DNA from: an uncultured Acidobacteriota bacterium
Lineage (GTDB): Bacteria > Acidobacteriota > Terriglobia > Acidiferrales > UBA7541
Reading direction: 5' to 3'
Assembly: GCA_963833345.1 (NCBI GenBank)
Contig: CAWHXI010000001.1
Coordinates: 438,025 to 502,024 of the forward strand
Length of the DNA: 64,000 nucleotides
The stretch's first letter is position 1. Every line of letters begins with the position of its first letter. Below the pieces are notes generated by a model that was given only the letters and a program-made list of their open reading frames with translations, was not told the DNA's origin and did not search any database. Of the stretch, positions 18,301-26,200 are shown piece by piece. The position numbers and the translations under genes are program-made.

Positions 18301-18971
18301 ATTCCTTCACTTTCGATATTTCGGGTCCATATTTCCGAATCTCGGCTGATAGCGCTGGTCCGGACGGCATCTTCAACAGCAAAGCCAAAGCATCGTGGGA
18401 CGACGTCGAAGTCTGGATGTCCAGCATCCACTATTTTATGGCCGAGAACGCCGCACTGAATACTGCCATCGCTGAAAACTTCAAAGCCACTGGATCTTTT
18501 CCCCAGAACGAAGAGCAGCTCAAACCGATTCTCGCCATGGCGAAGTTGGACCCCGAGCGCCTTCTCGATCCTTGGGGCCATCCCTATCACTTTACATTTA
18601 GCGCCCAAAGCCGTTACGCCGACCGGCTCACTGTTCGCGACGTCCGCGCTTATTCCGATCCCGCACAAAGCAAGAAAGTGACAGAAGACATTCCGGTAAC
18701 CCAACAGGTCGCCTACCTCAGCGTGCTTAGCAATGGTCCGCAGAACGATCCGAATCAGGCCTTTTCCGTCACCGAATTCAGCCGCGTAGTTGCTGAACAA
18801 ACGAGCAAGGACAAGGCGCCTGTTGCCACCGGAAATCAAAAACCGCTCGCAGGCAACACCGGCGGCATCTACGGTGTGATCACCGACCCGTCCGGCGCAG
18901 CCATTACCAATGCGGAGGTCACCGCAGTTTCCGTTGACACAGGACAAGTCTTTACAACTCAAGCCGACTAG
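15333..18971 (+). CDS. alpha-2-macroglobulin-like secreted protein, N-terminal part (MG domains + 3 GspG-like modules), ending at an in-frame TAG
   Basis: Signal peptide. MG-type motifs: TTDKPLYQPGQTVHVRL, QTDQTLYHPGDSILVTL, TTFKPGEQVSADVRVL. Three DPWG pseudopilin-like repeats. Ends inside a CarboxypepD_reg domain. Confidence 0.85.
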   Translation: MMRSLGVWSVLAVSLFYSGSGAIAAAQDAPSPLIVEEDKMRFRLLPHTVLELPVVNSTNKPVSGKFKLSLLNYEDDSVAAAMSGTFVESPGETVEKIDWPVAHLPSDTPTELGWYRLQYSFEPETESGVPAASGIVQLGKIITDGFGITIAAATKVAPGSKYPVRLHVENPSTHQPYANSPIELVLEFGDNEDTDVKRKIKTDAAGNATAAFDLPQNPSDQRGEVTATVARGPYSEEAKLEFEFPDKPAPALTVTTDKPLYQPGQTVHVRLFAIDSDRHAMAGAKLDVEIDDEAGGEQFHEKLTTSRFGIASADWEIPKKLQLGNSTIVAQFDRSEADYWSQRRTEIRISRYELPTFTVSVDPDHTYYLPGSNAVVDVHADYLFDRPVQHGKVRIVQQENRHWDYATQKWEVDESAPVEGELGSDGHFKGTINLADEFKSFKEGDSDRFEDLTLAAYLTDSSTGRTEQRRFKIRITAQPIHLYVLESATAHRNQPSVFYVTSSYADGTPVSAKGKIFAAQPTNDENSQNGFDLSRRRQIGSFRTNRFGVGRVEVSPFLEEDLRIPTWYPHRHNYQYGYDEASTNEPTERTAWLVLEALDSKGLSGEYDQQLSVATNDEFLRVQTDQTLYHPGDSILVTLNSNSKNRDAVLSVWGEKGLLSSQLVPLVRGHATATVEFDPRFLGSVFLTASSLVPSGDQQTALYGWTQVLYPARKELEVKVKMPQTTFKPGEQVSADVRVLTPEGHSTESALGLLVFDRAVAERVRTDEDFGRDYGYSIFDYFGWEYQRSIGGISHRDLLDLDATKPFPEGLDLVAEGMMRTGSGPWMAVESLEGGGWDALGASGTFSKWMQIMLQPVRKALNDWYSANGEYPSDETGVRAALQSKGIDTDQIRDPWGNPFLVKSFFKGADHVVNLLSSGVDKKPGTSDDFVVATFHWPYFRKIGMQIDHASAQYFSATGKYIRDYDTLKEEMREQGIDLDTLRDPWGHAYSFTFDISGPYFRISADSAGPDGIFNSKAKASWDDVEVWMSSIHYFMAENAALNTAIAENFKATGSFPQNEEQLKPILAMAKLDPERLLDPWGHPYHFTFSAQSRYADRLTVRDVRAYSDPAQSKKVTEDIPVTQQVAYLSVLSNGPQNDPNQAFSVTEFSRVVAEQTSKDKAPVATGNQKPLAGNTGGIYGVITDPSGAAITNAEVTAVSVDTGQVFTTQAD

Positions 18972-18986
18972 GCGGGAGCCTACGCC

Positions 18987-21431
18987 TTGCTGAATCTGCC
19001 CGCAGGCTTCTACCAAGTCGAGTGCACTTCGAAGGGATTTAACCGCAGCATCGTGCAGCGCGTGCCGGTTGAAATGGGTTTTTCGACAAAGGTCGATCTC
19101 ACACTCAATGTAGGCGCTGTATCGGAGAGCGTAGAAGTCACCGCAAACGCAGCTACAGTTCAAACCCAGTCCGCCCAAGTGACTGCCGTTTCCAACCAAA
19201 TAGCTTCCACCGCACAGAAAAAGCCGCTCTTCACTCCGCGCCTGCGCAAATATTTTCCGGAAACGTTGCTCTGGCGGCCCGAAGTCATCACCGATGAACG
19301 CGGCCATGCCCACATCGACTTCCCCATGGCCGACAATATCACCGCCTGGAAAATGTCTGTGCTTGCCTCCACCGAAGCTGGTCAGGTCGGCATCGCGGAA
19401 AAAGAGCTGCGCAGTTTTCAGCCTTTTTTCCTGGAAAACGATCCGCCAAAGGTTCTGACCGAAGGTGACCAAATCAGTTTGCCAATCGTCCTGCGCAACT
19501 ACACCGCCGTTCCGCAAACGGTCTTCACGGAAATGCAGCCGGCGCAGTGGTTCACGATTCTGTCGGCGCCAAAGCTAAGCCTCACCGTCCCTCCGAACGG
19601 CGACGCCACATCCGTATTCACCTTCCGCGCGGATCGCAGCGAGAGAAACGCCAAGCAGCGCGTGACCGCAAGAAATAGCGCGGCTGGCGACGCCGTCGAA
19701 CGCGAACTGGTTGTTCATCCAGACGGGCAGGAAATTTCATTCACCTCGAGCCGCATTCTTGCGGGCGATCATAATTCTATCGATGTGCAAGTACCCGATA
19801 CCGCCATCTCCGGCTCGATAGACGCCGAACTCCGCATCTATCCGAACTTGCTAGCTCACGTTTTGGACGCCATGCACGGAATTGGCAAGCTTCCCACCGG
19901 TTGCGCCGAGCAAATCACCTCCACGTCCTATGTAAGTCTGATGGCGCTCCAACTCCTCCAGAAAAGCGCACCAGATAAACAGGACACTTTGAATCCGCGT
20001 GCCGCGCTTGCAGCAGAAGCCCGGGCCGCAGTCCAGGAAGGTTACGACCAACTGGCAGGATTGCAGAATTCGGACGGCGGTTTTATCTACTGGAAAGGCA
20101 TGCCATCCAATGTCGCTCTGACCGCCTATGTTTTGCGCTTCTTGAATTTGGCAGGAGACTTCATCGAAGTCGATGGAGCGATCCGCCGAAGGGCGCGCGA
20201 TTATTTGGTCGCACGCCAGGCCAAGTCAGGCGCCTGGACTTCTTATCGCTGGGATCTTCAAAAAGAAAAAGAAGAGGACGATCCCAACCTGACCGCCTAT
20301 GTCGCGCGTGCCTTGGCCGGCATGAAAATTGATCCGGCCGCCAAAGATCCTGAAAAGCAAAAGCAAGCTCAGACCTCGTTGAAATCCGCCCTGGACTTCC
20401 TTGAAGCGCGCATCGATTCCTGGAGCGACCCGTATCTCGCCGGAAACTATGCAATTGCCGCAGTCGAAAGTGCACGCCCGGAGCATATCGAAAACGCCGA
20501 ATCAGTTCTGCGCCGCCTCGCCCATCGCGAAGGCGATGCGACTTACTGGAACCTCGAGGCCAATACATCACCATTCTACGGTTGGGGACTTGCCGGCCGA
20601 CTGGAGACCACCGCACTCGCGGTGAAGGCTCTTTCCGAATTGCAGACCAAGCGTCCTGAGCAAGATGTTCCAGATATGATCAGCCGCGGACTCCAATATC
20701 TCCTGACCCACAAAGATCGATACGCGATGTGGTACTCAACGCAAGCCACACAAAACGTGTTGGAGGCCATGATCGCGGCACTTCCTCCAGCCGCCGAGGG
20801 CGCCGCAGCGTCCGAGGCCGTGCTAAAAATCGATGACCGCGTGCTGCGTTCTGTGGCCCTGCCAAACCCACAAGATGTCGTCGGCCCGGTGACAATTCCA
20901 CTGGCCAACGATTTGACGAAAGGCACGAACAAAATCGAATTCGCTCGATCTGGCAGTGCAGGGGCGATGAATGCCTCGGTAGTCACAAGCTATTACATCC
21001 CGTGGACCGAGTCCGAAGCCATCGCCAAGGAGGCTTTCAAGACGGGCGAGAATCGCGCCCTGCGATTCAAAGTCCTCTACGATCGCAACGAACTTCGATT
21101 GGGAGACACAGTCCGTTGCACCGTCGAAGCCGAGCGCGTCGGATTTCGCGGCTACGGCATGATGCAGGCGGAGGTGGGACTTCCCCCCGGTGCCGAGGTA
21201 GATCGCTCCTCGCTGGAGAACGCCGAATCCTCTCCTGGAGTCTTTGGCTATGAAATTCAGCCCGACAGAGTGGTTTTCTATTTGTGGCCCACCGCTGGGG
21301 GAACAACTTTCGCTTTCGACTTCCGCATGCGATATCGCATCGCAGCAATGACCGCGCCCGCTGTTGTCTACGACTACTACAACCCTGAGGCAAACGCCAC
21401 CGTCGCGCCGGTGCGTTTCACGGTTCGCTAA
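18987..21431 (+). CDS. alpha-2-macroglobulin-like protein, C-terminal part (A2M core, thioester domain, receptor-like domain); same frame as 15333..18971
   Basis: RKYFPETLLWRPEVITDERGHA...DNITAWKMSVLA (A2M core). Thioester motif GCAEQ at 19899..19913. No RBS of its own. Contiguous in frame with the upstream ORF across TAG 18969..18971. Confidence 0.85.
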   Translation: MLNLPAGFYQVECTSKGFNRSIVQRVPVEMGFSTKVDLTLNVGAVSESVEVTANAATVQTQSAQVTAVSNQIASTAQKKPLFTPRLRKYFPETLLWRPEVITDERGHAHIDFPMADNITAWKMSVLASTEAGQVGIAEKELRSFQPFFLENDPPKVLTEGDQISLPIVLRNYTAVPQTVFTEMQPAQWFTILSAPKLSLTVPPNGDATSVFTFRADRSERNAKQRVTARNSAAGDAVERELVVHPDGQEISFTSSRILAGDHNSIDVQVPDTAISGSIDAELRIYPNLLAHVLDAMHGIGKLPTGCAEQITSTSYVSLMALQLLQKSAPDKQDTLNPRAALAAEARAAVQEGYDQLAGLQNSDGGFIYWKGMPSNVALTAYVLRFLNLAGDFIEVDGAIRRRARDYLVARQAKSGAWTSYRWDLQKEKEEDDPNLTAYVARALAGMKIDPAAKDPEKQKQAQTSLKSALDFLEARIDSWSDPYLAGNYAIAAVESARPEHIENAESVLRRLAHREGDATYWNLEANTSPFYGWGLAGRLETTALAVKALSELQTKRPEQDVPDMISRGLQYLLTHKDRYAMWYSTQATQNVLEAMIAALPPAAEGAAASEAVLKIDDRVLRSVALPNPQDVVGPVTIPLANDLTKGTNKIEFARSGSAGAMNASVVTSYYIPWTESEAIAKEAFKTGENRALRFKVLYDRNELRLGDTVRCTVEAERVGFRGYGMMQAEVGLPPGAEVDRSSLENAESSPGVFGYEIQPDRVVFYLWPTAGGTTFAFDFRMRYRIAAMTAPAVVYDYYNPEANATVAPVRFTVR

Positions 21432-21864
21432 AGTTTGCTTTGAAAGCCTGCTGGAGCCAAACGGGCCCGGATTTTCTTCCGTGTTTCCATAAGTGCGCGG
21501 GAATCATCAGGTCTTCTCTGTAAGAAACATGGGATTTTCAATTAAAAACGATGGACATCCAGAATGACTCGCATGTACAGCAGATTATCGCGGCCATGAC
21601 CGCGGACGCCATTTCAAGCGGTTTCTTGTTAGAAGACTCTTCCGAAATCGCCGAGATCGGTTTCACGTACCTCGAACGAAACCATCATGCTCTGAATCCG
21701 TGAGGAATCTCGCGCCCGTCACGGAGCCCGCCCCACAGTCAGAAACCGCGGACGCCTCGGCCTATGGGAGCTGAGCATTTTTGTTACCGAGTCAAATCTG
21801 TGGTATTAATGAAGTGAGCCCCCGCCCTCCACTCAGCCCAGAAATGAATCTAAGGAGAATCGTA

Positions 21865-22260
21865 ATGAAAATCGAAAGAATATTGGGCGGATTGGTGTCC
21901 TTGGGTATGGTTGCGGCGATGGCCGTACCCTTGGCGTTAGCGAAACCACAAGACCCATCCGCACCCCAAGCCTCAGGTAAAGAAATGGGAATGCGCGGTG
22001 GACTGCAGGCCGCAGTAGAGAGCTTGAATCTTACTGACGACCAGAAAGCAAAGGTAAAGGATATCTTTACTGATGCGAAGACCAAGCGCCAAGCAGTATC
22101 CAACGACACTTCGCTTAGCGATGACCAGAAAAAGGCGAAGTTGAAGGAGCTTCACGAAGGCACGATGGCCAAGCTGAACGCCGTGCTGACACCTGATCAA
22201 CAGACCGAGTTGAAGAGCAAGATCGAAGCTGCAAAGACAAAACCACCATCGCAGCCGTGA
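21865..22260 (+). CDS. Spy/CpxP-like periplasmic LTXXQ-motif protein
   Basis: AAGGAG RBS, signal peptide MKIERILGGLVSLGMVAAMAVPLALA. Repeated LTDDQKAKV / LSDDQKKAKL / LTPDQQTEL motifs. Confidence 0.7.
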   Translation: MKIERILGGLVSLGMVAAMAVPLALAKPQDPSAPQASGKEMGMRGGLQAAVESLNLTDDQKAKVKDIFTDAKTKRQAVSNDTSLSDDQKKAKLKELHEGTMAKLNAVLTPDQQTELKSKIEAAKTKPPSQP

Positions 22261-22440
22261 TCTAACAATCCACCCGGTCAACTGGTGATAAACATGAGAA
22301 AAGGAGCCTGGTTCGGAAGGACCGGGCGCTTTTGACATACGGGGTGTGTGTTCTGCAGCTACTAGGTGAATGTCCTGCGGACCCAGAGTTGGATGTAACG
22401 CCAATCTGCATGGCGGGTCGCCACGCCATCTTATTTCTCT

Positions 22441-22956
22441 TCAAATATCCAGTTTGGCCTTGCGAATGGAGCATCTACCAATGTCGCCAGCATGGGAGAT
22501 CTTGTGCCTTTCCTCGCGGACAGCACGTATAAAGCTCAGCTCGATATCGGTAGGACACCACGGGCTCCGAATCACATCAAATGCTCCGCGGCGCGTCGCA
22601 TCCATGTAGAGTTCCCATTCTCCGTTTCGCGTAAGTACGACAATCGGTGGTGTAATTCCGCCCGGAAGTTTCAATTCTAAAAGGTCCGCATAACCGCCGT
22701 CGGGCAGGCGCTCATCGCAGAAGATGAGACTTGGGCTTTGAAGCAAAAGTACTTGTTCGGTTTGGGCCAACGTGGAGCAGGGGATTACGTTAACGGAAAG
22801 GGCTTCCAGAATATTGCTAACTGTTCGCCGGCTCTCTAAATTGGCCGAGACGACCAAAATGGTAAGTTCGTCCTGCAACCCAGACTCGTAAGTTGTTGAT
22901 ATCTCAAAACGATGGGCTGCATTCTCTCGCATCGAGGGGTTCATTTTGACATTCAC
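22441..22956 (-). CDS. atypical (pseudo-)receiver domain protein
   Basis: REC-like layout ILVVSANLESR...LIFCDERLPDG...VVLTRNG...DVIRSP. The N-terminal acidic pair is replaced by S-A and the conserved Lys by Arg. Divergent from the poly-HAMP kinase. Confidence 0.55.
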   Translation of the reverse strand: MNVKMNPSMRENAAHRFEISTTYESGLQDELTILVVSANLESRRTVSNILEALSVNVIPCSTLAQTEQVLLLQSPSLIFCDERLPDGGYADLLELKLPGGITPPIVVLTRNGEWELYMDATRRGAFDVIRSPWCPTDIELSFIRAVREERHKISHAGDIGRCSIRKAKLDI

Positions 22957-23279
22957 CTCACGTCTCTAACCCTCTTGGCCGAAACCAGAATCTCGGGAGA
23001 ACACTCATAGAAGATTCGCATTTCCCGGTCAATACAGCATTTCACCTATGGCCAGCGAATTTCCCTTCGGAGCGCTATACAGGAAAAACTGTAGAGCATA
23101 CCTACAGTTCTTGTGCTAATTAATTCTTCTTGACTTACACTCCGAAATTCTAAGAAGTGATGATCCGTAGCGGCAAGCTCGACGCTGGATAAGCCCATCT
23201 GCTAAGAGGGGCAAGGAGATCTCGGCAGCGTGGAAAGCCAAAAGATTCAACTACTTAGCCAATCTATCTCAATGCCGGC

Positions 23280-26200
23280 TTGGAGATGACCATGAAGAGA
23301 GTTGACCGCGATCCACCGGGCGCAAGTCTAAGGCCAGTTCCCGGTGCGGAATCGAGAAACAATGGGAAAGACCATGTTGCCGAAATATCGGCACCCGATC
23401 TCAGCCTCTTACTTTCGAGCCTGCAGACCATGCGTGACGGTGACTTCTCCGTTCGCCTCCCCGGAACTTGGACAGGCTTGCCTGGAAAACTCGCGGATAC
23501 ATTCAATGAGATTGTCTCTTCGAATCAGCAAATCGCTCATGAGCTGAGGCGCGTGGGCCAGGTAGTAGGGAAGGAAGGCAAAACGCGCGAGCGAACACAA
23601 TTTCACCAGCCGCGGGGCGCTTGGGGCGAGATGGAGGTATCGATCAACACGCTCGTTGACGACCTGCTCCAGCCGAACACAGAAGTCACGCGCGCGATCG
23701 CTGCCGTAGCGCAAGGCAACCTGACGCAAACCGTTCGCCTGGACGTGGATGGACGACCGCTCGAAGGCGAATTTCTCCGTTCCGCCACAATCGTTAACAC
23801 CATGATTCAGCAGCTCGGCGTTTTTACCGCCGAGGTGACTCGCGTCGCTCGTGAAGTTGGTACGGATGGAAAGCTCGGCGGCCAGGCACAGGTGCCAGGT
23901 GTCGCTGGTACTTGGAAAGACCTGACGGACTCCGTGAATTCGATGGCCAGCAACTTGACCGGGCAAGTTCGTAACATCGCCGAAGTGGCCACGGCGGTTG
24001 CCAGCGGCGACCTCTCACGCAAGATCACGGTAGATGTCCGCGGAGAAATTTTACAGCTCAAGGAAGCCATCAACACGATGGTCGATCAGTTGCGCTCCTT
24101 CGCTTCCGAAGTCACGCGTGTTGCCCGCGAGGTTGGCACGGACGGCAAGCTCGGTGGCCAGGCGGTTGTGCCCGGCGTGGCGGGAACCTGGAAAGACCTT
24201 ACGGACTCCGTCAACGCGATGGCCGGCAACCTCACGGCGCAGGTACGCAACATTGCCGAGGTGACGACCGCAGTGGCGCGAGGCGACTTGTCGCGCAAAA
24301 TCACCGTGGACGTGAAGGGCGAGATCCTCGAATTGAAAGACACCATCAATACGATGGTGGACCAGCTGAACGCTTTCGCGGGCGAAGTCACGCGTGTCGC
24401 TCGCGAGGTCGGCACCGAAGGCAAACTGGGAGGCCAGGCGCAGGTCCCAGGCGTCGGTGGTACGTGGAAAGACCTCACCGACAACGTGAACTTTATGGCC
24501 AGCAACTTGACCGGCCAGGTTCGCAACATCGCCGAAGTCGCCACGGCCATCGCCAGCGGCGACCTCTCCCGAAAGATTACGGTCGACGTGCGCGGAGAAA
24601 TCCTGCAACTGAAAGAAACTCTCAATACCATGGTGGACCAGCTAAACCGGTTCGCGGGCGAAGTGACGCGCGTAGCTCGCGAAGTAGGTAGCGAGGGCCG
24701 GCTGGGTGGACAAGCGAACGTGCCCGGAGTCGCCGGTACTTGGAAAGACCTAACGGATTCTGTTAATTCGATGGCAGGAAACCTGACCGGCCAGGTGCGC
24801 AACATCGCTGAGGTCACGACGGCAGTCGCACGCGGCGACTTGTCTCGCAAAATCACCGTAGACGTGAAAGGCGAAATTCTCGAACTGAAGAACACCATTA
24901 ACACGATGGTGGACCAGCTCAACGCCTTCGCCGCGGAAGTCACTCGCGTCGCTCGCGAAGTCGGCACCGAAGGGAAGTTGGGAGGCCAGGCACAAGTTCC
25001 TGGCGTCGGCGGCACCTGGAAGGACCTCACCGACAACGTAAACTTCATGGCCAGCAACCTCACCGGCCAAGTCCGTAACATCGCCGAAGTTGCCACCGCA
25101 GTTGCACGCGGCGACCTCTCCCGCAAAATTACTGTGGACGTCAGGGGCGAGATTCTCGAGCTGAAAGACACGCTCAATACGATGGTGGACCAGTTGCGCG
25201 CTTTTGCGTCTGAAGTGACGCGCGTCGCTCGCGAAGTTGGTACCGACGGAAAACTCGGCGGCCAAGCGCAAGTTCCCGGTGTCGCAGGCACATGGAAAGA
25301 CCTTACGGACTCCGTCAATTCCATGGCCAGCAACCTGACTGGCCAGGTACGCAATATCGCGGAAGTCGCAACGGCCATCGCCAGCGGCGACCTCTCAAAG
25401 AAAATCACAGTCAACGTGAGCGGCGAAATCCTGCTACTCAAAGAAACCATCAACACGATGGTGGACCAGCTAAACGCTTTCGCCGGCGAAGTCACGCGCG
25501 TCGCGCGCGAAGTAGGCAGCGAAGGCCGCCTTGGTGGCCAGGCCAACGTGCCTGGGGTTGCCGGAACTTGGAAGGACTTGACGGACTCGGTCAACTCGAT
25601 GGCAGGAAACTTGACCGGGCAAGTGCGCAACATCGCCGAAGTCACGACTGCGGTCGCGCGCGGCGACCTATCCCGCAAGATCACCGTGGACGTAAAAGGC
25701 GAAATCCTCGAACTAAAAGACACCATCAACACGATGGTGGACCAGCTGAACGCCTTCGCCGGCGAAGTCACCCGCGTGGCCCGCGAAGTCGGCACGGACG
25801 GTAAACTCGGCGGTCAAGCCCAAGTCTCTGGCGTGGCCGGCACATGGAAAGATTTGACCGACAACGTCAACGTCATGGCTGCCAACCTCACCGAACAGGT
25901 GAGAGGTATCGTCAAAGTCGTCACCGCTGTCGCAAACGGCGAGCTGACCAAGAAACTCACCGTCAACGCCAAAGGCGAGGTTGCGGCCTTGGCCGAAACC
26001 ATCAACAACATGACCGATACGCTTGCCACTTTTGCCGATCAGGTAACGACGGTCGCCCGCGAAGTGGGCGTCGAGGGGCGCCTTGGCGGACAGGCCAACG
26101 TCCCCGGAGCTGCCGGCACATGGAAAGATCTTACGGGCAACGTAAACCTTCTTGCAGATAACCTGACCAACCAGGTTCGCGCCATCGCGGAAGTAACAAC

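Noticed and set aside
18969-18971. TAG as a programmed pyrrolysine codon
   Set aside because: No pyl genes or other supporting context occur in the window, and pyrrolysine use is not expected in this kind of bacterium. A nonsense mutation, an error or simple read-through are more parsimonious.
18198-19517. 439-aa minus-strand ORF
   Set aside because: It lies antisense to the A2M-like gene, whose plus-strand frame has strong domain signatures. It is a typical long antisense ORF of GC-rich DNA.
21551-21703. Unlisted 50-codon ORF (MDIQNDSHVQQIIAAMTADAISSGFLLEDSSEIAEIGFTYLERNHHALNP) downstream of the A2M-like gene
   Set aside because: No Shine-Dalgarno and no recognisable motif. It cannot be distinguished from chance without conservation or expression data.
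24086-25795. 569-aa ORF on the minus strand across the HAMP array, plus several shorter ones (24051..24608, 24750..25271, 25292..25804)
   Set aside because: These are shadow ORFs. They are repetitive Ser/Pro/Thr/Arg-rich translations of the antisense or off-frame of a clearly coding, GC-rich tandem repeat. They show no independent start signals or domain features.
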